DNA of 64,000 nucleotides from Yuukianura sp. NJ FZ-2021 (lineage: Eukaryota). The position numbers and the translations under genes are program-made. Numbering within the stretch: position 1 is the stretch's first letter; every line of letters begins with the position of its first letter. Below, in pieces: positions 12,267-23,615 of the stretch. Location: NCBI GenBank assembly GCA_046563655.1, contig CM102288.1, positions 186,001 through 250,000 of the forward strand, given 5' to 3'. Under the pieces are notes generated by a model. The model saw only the letters and a list, made by a program, of their open reading frames with translations, was not told where the DNA came from and made no database searches.

Positions 12267-12477
12267 CAAAACCAGAGCCGTTCAAAATAAAAGCAGTAAT
12301 TTAGCTCAAAGAAATTTTAATTTTGTTACAGATAAAATTGAAAATAAATTAGGCGGAGTTTAATTCATAAAATTTTAATTTTAATTACACCTTTACAAAT
12401 TCGAATTACTTTTGTCATGAAACATGAATTACTCCCGAATTACTTCTGAATTAGGTTTGTCATGAATTATTTGCGAA

Positions 12478-14494
12478 TTACTTGAAAAGGCGACGTAGAA
12501 ATGAATTTGTAAAAACTTGTTCTGGGTCATATTTTTTGAAAATTCGCGTACTGTACTCCCAATCTTCTCTTCCATAAACTTCCGGTGGATAATTGTCCAG
12601 AAAGTCCCAGTTGTCCCACCCAGCATCTTTAGAGTAAGCATAGCCCTTGGACCATTCTGGACGCACGATGACCCCTGACCTTGTCAAATTCTGCACCAAG
12701 TACTCCTCCACTCGAGCCATGAACTCCGCCATGTTTGGTGAATTGGGGTAGGTCAAACAGTCAATCCAAATGGCCGTGTCGTAGTCCTTTTTCCCTTCAA
12801 TTGGTTTAATCGGAGACAGAGCTGGTGACCTCAAGGTCAAGCCAGGGTCATCGTCTAATCCGGAGACCCTGATTTCCAGTGGACCATTCACAGGATACTT
12901 CCCAGCATCTGCATAATCCTGGATCAAATCTTCGTAAAATTTAGTAAATTCATGAAGTGTTGATTGGACCCTAGACCTTGGCAGTATCAGTGCATATCCA
13001 TTGGCTGTTACTCGGAGTGTTGTTGGTTTGACGTAGTGCAGAAGGTGGTATGAAGGACCCCAGAGGTCAAACGTCAATGTAGTTGCGAGTCCTGTAACCA
13101 AGGTTCGTAAATAAAAAAAAAACTTTTCTAGACTAGGTTGTCCAATAACTCGAAGTTTTAAAATTTGTTTGAAAGTAGCTTTGGCTTTTTTGCATGTATA
13201 ATAAATGGGATTAAAAGTTGTCTGGAGCAAGATTTTTGAAAACCCAGAGTTATTGGACAACCTGTTGTAGGAAATACAAGTCGGTTGTCAAGGAACCTTG
13301 CCTGTAGCAATGATGCTGATTTGAAGATTTGCAAAAGCTGGAGCCATTGACCATGACCCTGTGACGAGTTTATCTGCTAAGTTGTTGACTGGTTCTGGAA
13401 TGTTGTCTGTAAAAACGTAGTTGTAGGGCGCATGCGTGCGGCGGGAAAGTAACGGTTTTGTGTCTGCGACGGACCAAACTTTGAGCCACGGATTCAATGT
13501 AAACGGAAACCAAATTGCTTCGAGACTGCCGTAAGAGTCTAGGAAAAAGCTTAACGGTGTGTCACCAAATTTCAAGTTTTTGGGACTTTGAAATAGCGTT
13601 TTAGCTGAAATGTCAACTCTGCTTATACATCTTAGGTAGGTCAATGGGGTCACTTCAAGTGTCACTTTGGTAATAAAAAGACGACCGAGATTCAGAATCA
13701 AAGCGCGGGAATCGGGATGTGAGCGATGAAAAGTTTGAATTTCAAATTCTTCCGCGTCGGCATTCCACACGACAAGGTCGATTGACAAAACCAAGTTGCT
13801 CAAAGTACCGCGGTTGCCGGTTTGACCTTCCATAGGAATTCCTGTCCCGTGACCTCCAATGGCAATGACCCCTCCGACAGTAACGTCGCCCGGTGCTGGA
13901 TGACCCAGAATGCCGTGACCTTTGACCTCCAGAAAAGCAAGCAGATCTTCCCAAAGAACGCCAGATTCCACCGTGACTGCTTTTATGCCGTGATGAGTTG
14001 TCATTTTAATAGAGGTCAAATTTTTCGTCGTGTCCACCAGAATGGTGCGACTGCAGTGCCCTTCTTCTCCGGTGATAGTAAGAGGTGACCAGTTGTGCAT
14101 TTGACCCAGTGGTCGAACGTTGTAGCGATGGCGACGTGCCCAGTTGGCTATGGCGACAATGTCGCCAGCACTTTGAGGCGTCACGGTCCAAATGTGGTCC
14201 AGTTCGATTTGTTTGGCCCAGTTGAGATAAGAACTTTCTTGGACAGAGAGATGCTCGGGAAAGTTTGAAAGACCATTGCAAAGCAGTTCTATTAAGAAAT
14301 GAAATGAAATTCAAAATCTCAAAATTTCAAAATTTTTGAAAAATGTAAATTTTGAAGTTACGTTTCGGGGGAATCTGATGGAAACGAGTTTGAGAGGTGA
14401 CAACTTGTTCCTGATTGGCACAAATCCGGGTATTGTTAACAATGGACCAAACGAGACAAGGAATCAAAGAACTTGGGAGCAAACTAGTCTGCAT
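12478..14494 (-). CDS. Class II (covalent-FAD, VAO-fold) cholesterol oxidase-like enzyme, bacterial type; 3 exons, 577 aa
   Basis: Exons 14494-14362, 14288-13302 and 13091-12478 join in frame. Motifs RPLGQMHNWSPL (FAD-linked His), PAPGDVTVGGVIAIGGHGT, APYNYVF, YPVNGPLEIR and RPEWSKG match the Brevibacterium/Burkholderia-type cholesterol oxidase family as I recall it. Confidence 0.85.
13099..13300. mobile_element. 202-bp non-autonomous TIR element (hAT-like MITE) forming intron 2 of the cholesterol oxidase gene
   Basis: TIR CAAGGTTC (13099-13106) / GAACCTTG (13293-13300). Symmetric subterminal inverted 17-mer AGGTTGTCCAATAACTC (13135-13151 vs 13247-13263). Flanking 8-bp direct repeats CCTGTAAC (13091-13098) / CCTGTAGC (13301-13308). 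Confidence 0.85.
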
Positions 14495-15474
14495 TTTTTA
14501 AAATTTTGAAAACTGTTGCTAGAAACGAACAACTTGAATCCTGGTTTAGAAATGACTTGAAATGAAAAAGGTAAGCTGTAAGCTTTTTTGAGTTTTGAAA
14601 TAGTAAGGATCCTTTCGAAATGTTTCAAAATCTTGAAATAGCCTATATTGAAACAAGGTTTTAAAAAAGAAGTAACAAAAATGGATTACGTTTTAGGTGG
14701 TGAAACAACCTGCTGTATGTTCTTTTTAGATTTTTAACGAACTGACGATTGACAAAAGAATAATTAAAAAACAACAATGCAAGATTATTGCGTAATTTAC
14801 GCAACGTCTAAGAAGAAATGGAATTCCGCATCTAAATGTTCGTAGCTAAGTAGTTTCTCAATCGTGAGATTATGTTTAACATTAGTGATTTTAGGAAATA
14901 AGATGAAATTTTGAAATTCAGATATTTAGTTTATAGTTGTACAAATTAACGTCTACATGAATACAATATCTGTATTAAATTTAAAAAATGCTAAAAGCTA
15001 AAGAAAAAAGTTCTAAAAATTAGACTTAATTTATAAATGCTTATTCACTAGCGCTTTGGCTAGACATGTGCACACGTTTGCTCCAATTTTCGTCTTAATC
15101 ATGTCGTAAATTAAATGGCATCAAACAGGATTTCAATGTACCCTGTGATATTTTATAAAAATTAAGAGTATGTGCTTAGTAATTACAGAAATAAATTACT
15201 AATTAATAGACAGTTTAACAACTCTATTCATGGTTACTAATCTTGTTTGAAATATTTTATCAGCGGTGCACATATCTAATAGACTTGGAAATTACTTCAA
15301 GGGAAATTTGAATTCCCGCCTTTCTTAAAACTCTTTTGCATGCTGTTCTGTGTGACTCAATTTCCTCTCCTCTTTCTTTTGACCTCAACTTCCTTCCTCG
15401 TGTGGACGTCCACTTAACTCCCCTCTGATTAATCGATTAATTAACACAAGTTTAACTTAACTCTACAATTAAGA

Positions 15475-18400
15475 ATGGGCAGTGAAGAAGAGCAATTCGG
15501 ACAGATCGTCAATACGTTCCTGTCAACAGACAATGAAGTCAGAGTCCAGGCAGAGGTAGGAATTTAATTATTGCAATTTAACAACTTATCATTTTAACAA
15601 CTCACCACGTGTTTCATCAGTTTCCTTGCTTATGGAGTTATGGATGTGTCAATCATGTCAACATTTTATGAAATATCAGATTAAACTCAACGATTAACGT
15701 TACCCAACACACGGTTATAAAATGTTTTATCTTTCATTTCAAGAAATTGCGTAATTGATTTGACGGATCAGCGATAGTTTTCCAAAGTTAAGCACCGGCG
15801 CAGCTGTTTAGTCATGTCAATTTTGTTATTTAATTAGTCTATTATTTAATTTAATTCTAATATAATTAATTGTTGATTTAGGCAAGCTACGATGGTATTC
15901 CAGCTGACAAGAAGATCTTCTTCCTCCTAACACTTCTTCGAAATGGTGATTTGGCAGAAGACTTTCGTCAACTCTGCGCTGTTTTACTCCGACGACTCTT
16001 CGTCGGTAATTTTGAATTTGCATGGAACTTGGTAAGTACATAACGAATCTATCGAACTTCATGAGGTTTATTTTAGTTTCATAATTGTATTTCTTATTCC
16101 AGCTTTCACCAGAGCATCAGAAGCAAGTGAAAGATGAAATCAGCGCCCTCGTTTCGCGAGAGAACGAGAGCATGACGATGCGGAAGAAGATGTGTGATAT
16201 GGTAGCCGAACTCGTCCGAAATCTAATTGATGACAATGGGAACAATACGTGGGGAGAATTTTTGACTTACTTGTTTCAACTCGTCAACAGTCCAGTTCCA
16301 GCTCTCAAAGAAAATGCTCTCCTCATCTTTGCCGCCGTTCCAGGAATCTTTGGAAACCAACAAGTCAATTACCTGGACTACATCAAACAAATGCTGGGAC
16401 AAGCTTTTCAGTCTGAAGTGTTCTCGGTCCGATTTCATGGAGCTCGAGCTCTGGCTTACTTTATCGTGGACAATGAAACGCAAGAACCAGTTCTCAAACA
16501 CTTCTCGGACCTTCTACCACACTACTTGAAAGTCATGCAAGAATCTGTTACGCAACAAGAAGATGACGACTTGCTAAAGATGGCAATTGAGCTCATCAAC
16601 GGAACTCCGAAGTTCGTGAGACCATTCTTAGCTGACTTTCTGAACTTGAATCTCCAAATTGCCAAGGCAGGAGAAATCGACGAAGACTGGAGACATTTAG
16701 CCATTGAATGCTGTGTAACTGCATCAGAAACGTTACCAGGAGCTGTCAAGAAAGTTGCTCCAGAATTTATTCCATTGCTGGTTCAAACGGTAATTATTAA
16801 AAAAACTTTGACCTTTGCCCTGACTCTGATTGTGATTGCATGTCTTCTTTTTGATCAGCTGTTGAGCATGATGACTGAATTGGACGAAGAGGATGACTGG
16901 GCCACGTCAGATGAGCCATGCGATGATGACTCAGATAGCAATGCGGCAGTGGGAGAATCTAGTTTGGATCGTTTGGCATGCGGATTAGGAGGAAAGACGA
17001 TTCTGCCAATGGTTATGGCTCAGGTTCAAACAATGTTGGGACATGCCAATTGGCAACATCGATATGCTGGTCTCATGGCCGTGTCAGCAGTTGGAGAAGG
17101 ATGTCTCAAGCAAATGGAACCAATGCTACAGCAAATCGTGGATCCAATCCTGGGATTCCTTCGTGATCCAGTAAGATTCAAGTTTTTCTTTTTACAATAA
17201 AACTGAATTATGATTCAATTTTAATTAATTTTGTACAATTAGCATCCTCGTGTTCGATACGCCGCTTGCAACGCCTTAGGCCAAATGGCAACTGACTTTG
17301 CTCCTTCGTATGAAAAGAAGTTTCATGCCAAGATTCTGCCAGGCTTGACATTCCTCTTGGACGACTACAGCTGTCCACGCGTTCAAGCCCATGCTGGTAC
17401 GAAAGTTCTTTTTCAAAATACTTTTCAAAAAACTGAAAACTGAACTGTTTCTAAAAAGTATTTCCATTGCCAATATGTTTAGGTGCTGCGTTGGTAAACT
17501 TTTGTGAAGAATGTCCGAAGGACATCCTCAAGATGTACTCGGAGGCTCTTTTGTCCAAACTGGAGAGTTGCTTCCAACAGAAGCTGAAGGAATTGGCTGA
17601 GAGCAACAAGAAATTGGTACTGGAGCAGTTGGTGACAACGGTTGCCTCTGTTGCCAACACACTGGAAACTGACTTCATTCCTTACTACGCAAGATTCATG
17701 CCCTGCATGAAGTATATCATGCAACATGCAAATGCTGTGGAACTTCGTTTGCTTCGTGGAAAAACGATCGAGTGTGCTTCATTGATTGGACTGGCGGTGG
17801 GTGCTGATCAGTTTACGAACGATGCTTCGGACATCATGGATCTCCTTCTGCGTACTCAAATTGACAATGGTAAATAAATGTGTTAAAAATGAGTTATAAA
17901 AATAGCATTACTTTTGAAATGAGATTTTCACTTTCAAATTTTCACTTTGACTTTCAGGAGGAGTACACATTGCCGATGATGATCCACAACTGTCCTACAT
18001 GATTACTGCGTGGGCAAGAATCTGTCAAATTCTAGGTAATAATTTGCCTAATTTGATCTTCCGAAATCCAATTCAACTAACAAACTTTTTTATGAGTTTT
18101 TTTTGTTCAACTTTTATGTTCTAACTCAAAGGTGATCGGTTCGCACCATATTTGCCGATGGTCATGGCCCCCGTGCTAAGAACTGCTGCTGTCAAACCCG
18201 AATTGGCTATGCTGGATTCTGATGAAACTGAGGTAAGAAAGTGACTTGAGACTTGGACTTCAATTTTTTCTGCCTCATGTTCAAAAAATATTCAGAATTC
18301 AAAAAATTCTCTACGTTTTGTGTTGATTTTAGGAAATCAAGGGAGCTGAAGATTGGGAGTTGATTCAGTTGGGAGATTCGCAAAGTGTTGGTTTGCATAC

Positions 18401-19987
18401 GGCTAAGCTGGAAGATAAGTCCATGGCTTGTCAAATGTTGGTCTGCTACGCTCGTGTCATGAAAACTCACTTTCGACCATTCGTCGATGAGGTATTTATT
18501 ATTGAATTAATGCGTTTTGTATAATTTTACTTAATTTTTTAATTTTATATTTTAGGTTGTCAAAATCATTCATCCGTTGTTCAAGTTTTACTTTCACGAC
18601 TCGGTGCGTTCGTCTGCTGCAGAATTGGTTCCATACCTTCTACAATGTTTGGAAGGAGACCAATCTGCGCAAGTGATGCTGTGGAATCACATCAAGGGAG
18701 AACTGTTTATTGCAACAGAGGCAGAAGTGGAACCGGAAGTCAAGAGTGAGCAATTGGCAGCAATTGCAGCAGCAGTGGACATTTTACCCAAAGAAGCCTT
18801 TGATACAGACACAATTCAGAAGATGACAGGCATAGTGGAGAAAGTGTTCACAGAACATTTTGAGCGGTCAGCAGAGCGAGCAGAGACACGGAAGGATGAG
18901 GACTTTGATGAAGTTGTGGAGCAGCAACTGTGGGATGAAGCGGAAGAGGACAATTATGTTCTCACGAAAGCAGCCGACATCACGCACGCCTTTCTCAAGT
19001 CTCATGGAGAAGCATACTTGGCCTACTTGGAGCCGAAAGTGCTTGAGCAAGTGACGAAACTCATTGCACCGGACAGACATTGGCAAGAGAGACAATGGGG
19101 CATCTGTATCTTCGATGACATTATAGAATTCACTGGACCAATGGCTGCCAAATACTACCAGCTCTTTGTACCCCAATTGCTGCAGTATGTCTCGGACTCA
19201 ACGTCGGAAGTACGACAAGCAGCAGCATACGGATGTGGACTCATGGCTCAATACGGGGGAGTACCATTTGCAGGTATTTTCAAGTTTTCGCACTTTCTTA
19301 TAAGCAAAAATACCGTATTTCCTCGCCTAAAAGCCTAATTTATACTCGGTTTTCCCGGGAAAATTTTTCGAAATTTCTCAGATAACACGTAGTCTTACAC
19401 GGTAGTATTATGTAAAATGTAAAACTTTGAATTTTGAATTTGTTTGAACAGAAACATGCTCCCAGGCGATGCAACTTTTGGTCAGAATTGTGACTGCACC
19501 GGATTCACGTGAAGAGGAAAACATCTTTGCCACTGAAAACGCCATCTCTGCTGTTGGAAAAATCATCAAATACTCCCCGACGAACTTGAATCCGACAGAA
19601 GTTATTCCGATGTGGTGAGTGGAAAAAAATTACGCTAATTTTTAAATTTTTGGAAAAGTATAATGGTTTTCATTTTTTTTAACGTTTAGGCTCTCCTGGC
19701 TCCCAATTTGGGAAGACAAGGATGAAATGGAATCCGTTTTTGGATTTTTCTGTGAACTTTTGGAGACGGATTCCCCAGCAGCCATTGGAACGAACGGAGC
19801 CAACCTTCCTCTGATTGTGCGTATTATCGCTGATACTTTTCTGCGTCAAGTCCTTCCGGATGACTCACCCATTCGACCAAGATTGATTCAATTGCTAACC
19901 AAGATCCGAGGAAATGCAGAACTCTTTCAATATTGCTTCAATCAATTGTCACCGGAACAGCAGACTGCTCTCCATCAAGCAGTTTGA
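15475..19987 (+). CDS. IPO5: Importin-5 (karyopherin beta-3 / RanBP5), multi-exon
   Basis: HEAT-repeat protein with [83 protein letters not shown] and [12 protein letters not shown]. Confidence 0.95.
19311..19404. mobile_element. Degenerate Tc1/mariner-type MITE in an IPO5 intron
   Basis: Starts TACCGTATTTCCTCGCCTA, nearly identical to the TIR at 20617, and ends ...GTCTTACACGGTA. Confidence 0.5.
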
Positions 19988-20616
19988 ACTAAAAAGCACA
20001 GTTCTGACACTAAAATACTTTAGCAACTTAAGGAAGTCGTCGCCTGCAAACGTTGCAACTTGCAAAACTATGCTTATACTTTTTAGAAAGAGATCGCTAT
20101 TTACGCAATCAGGTTTAAAAATTATCTTTTTTGGTTCATGTTATAATTGGAGACAGTTTTCTTTAAAATCTTTTCTCTTTTGTGTTTTCTTGTTGAAATC
20201 CGAGGTTGCCAGTTTTCGTTTTTTGGTTGAAACATTCGACGTTGCCTTTTTTGTTTTCTATTGTCATTTTGGTTTTAGAAATCAAGATTATTTAAAAATT
20301 GAAAAACTATTGAATTTCAAAATTTTGTTAGAATATTATGAGGGTTTCAGGGTGGTTAGGGCAGGCTTGTGAAGAAAGTGAAGTGATATTGGGTCATATA
20401 GTGGAAAAAATTGTTGTTTTGTTTCTTGAAATGAAATTTTATCGGTGGAAATATTATTAAATTGACTTGAAATAAATGTATAGTCGGACTATATTCCTTT
20501 TTAATAAGTTCGGAATGAATAATTTAATAGTTTTAGTCTTAATTAAATAAGCTTGTTTGAAGGGCTACTAGGCTTAGAATGAGGAACTTGGCGAGAGGAC
20601 TTGTTTAGGAAGGAAT

Positions 20617-20670
20617 TACCGTATTTCCTTGCCTATAAGAAACGCGTCTTATAAGCGAGGAAATACGGTA
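20617..20670. mobile_element. 54-bp palindromic mini-MITE with TA ends (Tc1/mariner-like CCGTATTT TIR)
   Basis: TA-CCGTATTTCCTTGCCTATAAGA-AACGCG-TCTTATAAGCGAGGAAATACGG-TA: near-perfect inverted arms flanked by TA. Confidence 0.65.
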
Positions 20671-20701
20671 GTTTGTGTTGCAGGCGAGGAAATAGGGTAG
20701 T

Positions 20702-21521
20702 TTAGACATTGTGGAGTCTCTCGCAACTGGAACTGCGTGAACTGAGGATGAGGAGCATTGAAAAGCGAGAAGTTCGCAAGTAGTCAAAGATTATCCAGAT
20801 TTCGTAGATTCGGACTGCTGCAAAGAGGAGGAGGAGGAGCCAGTTGATGTTGGTTGAAATTATGGTAACCACGGATACCGTAATCACTCCGAGTAAGGTC
20901 AGAGTGCAACAGTAGATGAGCCACGCTTTGATTGGAAACGCCCAATCCTACATATACATAAAATTTTAAATTACTTTCCCAAAAATTTAACAAAACTTTT
21001 CCAAAAGTTGTGGAGAACTGTAAGCTGGAAGAAGTTGAGTAAATTTTTGAAATTCCGCAAACCTTTCGAACGCCAAAGAACAATCCGAGTGCCAAAATGA
21101 GGAACACGACGCTGAGGATGAGGACTAAAATCATTTGATCGTGCAATCCTGAAATTCACAGAATCAGATTTGGAAAATTTTTTAACCAATTTTTAAAAAT
21201 TTGTACTAGTCGAAGTGTCTTACGCCCAAAAGTGTCGAGTCGTGACTGCAAATTTGCAATACTGTAGTGGTCACTCCCAATTTCATTTTCAAATTCTGAC
21301 TCCAAAGGACCAAAAACTTTTTCCAAGTCACACAGAGCTACAATACTTAGGATGAGGGCCACAGTTCCCAAAATCTGTTCACAATTTCCAAGAAACACAA
21401 ATTATGAAAAGAATAACTTTCAAAATTTTGGAGTTTTTTTTTAATTTCTTACGATGTCCACAATGGCTATGAGGTAGGCGGCTGGTTTTGGCGGAAGGGC
21501 ATAACAATACGTTCTTGTCAT
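20702..21521 (-). CDS. Small four-TM protein (LAPTM/DUF4728-like topology); 4 exons
   Basis: Spliced MTRTYCYALPPKPAAYLIAIVDI|ILGTVALILSIVAL...|LHDQMILVLILSVVFLILALGLFFGVRK|DWAFPIKAWLIY...RIYEIWIIFDY...*. The LFFGVRK-x-PIKAW pattern is typical of such tetraspan proteins. Confidence 0.65.
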
Positions 21522-22007
21522 TTTGAACTGTTTACATGTATTGAAGTGACAGTTAATTGATTAGTTAATTGCTCAAGGATTAACTAACTTTGATCCAGGT
21601 AAATAATTAATGAAACTACGCCTTGTTCTTTTATTTTTTGGCACCTCCTCAAAACAGGGAACCGTTTGTCTACTCAAGTATTGATTTTCACCAAAGAGAA
21701 AGCTATCATGCGCTTCACTTTTTATAAGTGTTTTTATACCGCACTGTTCCGAGTAAAGTCGAAAGGAAAGTTGTGTTTTCCGCATTTAGAAAAAAAACAT
21801 CTACAAAATTTTGAAATTTTGAAAAGTGAGAGATGCACGACAAAGAAATGTTGGGATGATGACGTTCATGTAAAAGTAAAAGCTTTTCATTTTATTTGTG
21901 AATAGTTTCAACTTTGAAACGTATATTAAACAATGTAGTTTACATAATGAGCAGAGGAACAAAGTTACAGAAAATTTAGATTAAGATGTTTTTGATGATT
22001 TATGAAA

Positions 22008-22677
22008 TTATTGTGGCGTAGTTTTTCCAGGGCGGCAGATGAACTTTGACCCCTTGGCAGTAGGCTTTGACGGAGACGGTTTGAATGCGCATGCTTCGCA
22101 TTTGCCACAAGGTTGGTACATCGGAGGAGGTGGAGTGGGGAGCATGACGATTCTGGGTTCAGAGTTGACCTTTGACCCTGCACTGTCTCCTCCCCCGAAT
22201 CCTTGACCTTGACCTGGAGAAGCGAAGCCGCCGTGACCTTGGCTCAAAAACTGGCCCAAATCGCCAGGATTCCCAACAGCAATTCTGAAAGTGGCTGGCT
22301 GTTGACCTTCGACCTCTGCAATAAAAAGACAAGGTCAATGACCTCTGTTACTATAATGCTTTGGTTTATGTTAAAAGTGTTTGACCTTCTCGGATTCCAG
22401 TGCCAGTGTAATATCCAGAACTTTGTTGACCTTGACCTTGACCTTGGAAGGGGTAGGGGACTGCACTGATGCCGTTGTAGGTGCTGTTTGCATTGGGAAG
22501 GACGAAGGGTGAAGTTCTAGAGGTCGTTGACCCTCCTTGACCTTGAGCTGCCCCCAGAATGTCTCTCCAGTCCATCGTCACCACTTGGACATTCCGCTGA
22601 TCTTGGAGGCCATTTTGGTTCGACTGTTGATTATGTCCAGCCACACAGTTCCAATTCCAGTTTCCAGCATTCATCAT
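22008..22677 (-). CDS. Gly/Gln-rich low-complexity orphan protein with CxxCxxC near the C-terminus; 2 exons
   Basis: ORFs 22366-22677 and 22008-22259 join through an intron at about 22385-22317. It shares the motif NVQVVTMDWRDILG with the gene at 47481-48480. Confidence 0.55.
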
Positions 22678-23615
22678 TGGAAAAAGTGTGAAACTACTTG
22701 TTCAGAAGAGGTGTAAAAACTATTGATTCCTTCACTAGTAATTAAAAAAAATTGAGCTATTCAATTAAAAAAATGAACTTTTCAATTGAAAAGGTACGAG
22801 TCTTTTAATTCCAATGTTTATAATGTCTAAGTTTCAAACATGTTTTGTTCACATGGCAACAAAACAAAATTAAAATGAAAGGCATTTAAAAAGAGAGGGC
22901 GACAACAAATAAAATTTCCAATGTTTTCTCGCTTTCAATAAAAATTTTACTTTCACTGTGCGTTGGCTTACATCTCAGACAAGGTTAATCATCATTCACT
23001 TGTCCATTTGGTCGAAGTAAACTTTATGGTGGGCAATTGTTTTCCAATTTCGGGAACAAATTCGGCAAAACGGCCACTCGATTTTTTACGATTAAAATTT
23101 CGTTTTATATCAACTTTTGGGTGTAGATTCCGAATCTGAAATCCGTTTAATTGTTGCTGTTAAATGCTAACCAAACCTAAAATATAAGCCCAATTTCGAA
23201 ATTTCAAGTATAAAGGTTTTGTTGACTTCTACCGTTGGTTTTGTATACGCATTAAATCGATTTACACATATAGTTCAATAGAGTGCTGAAAAACGCTGAA
23301 AATGGTTTAAGTACATAAAGTCATTGCTTTTTCTTGATCAAAACGCACTAGAAATTGAAATTTTAAGAGGACAGTTTGGACTGAACCATTTTAGGAGACG
23401 ATTATGATCTTTAATTAAAACACTTCCATAAAAACCCGAAAATTACTCCCAATTTGAGCTTAATTGAAAAAGAAACAATAAACTTCCTATTCAATTTTGA
23501 TCACTTTTTATTTAAAAGGGACGCTGCCTTTTTTTAGTGAAAGTCAGCCAACCAGGTCCGTGTTTTGCTAAAAGAAAATTTCTCATTTTTTGAACAGAAT
23601 TTTTCAAAATTGAAA

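Noticed and set aside
13092..13260. N-terminal part of ORF 12478-13260 (MSNNSGF...) as coding
   Set aside because: It lies inside the MITE-derived intron; family similarity begins only at GLATTL.
12478..14494. Bacterial contamination as the source of the cholesterol oxidase
   Set aside because: The gene has spliceosomal introns, host-like composition and GGTCA patches, and is contiguous with animal genes.
15556..15881. Longer first intron of IPO5 as a snoRNA host
   Set aside because: No convincing C/D or H/ACA box arrangement by eye; an Infernal scan would be needed.
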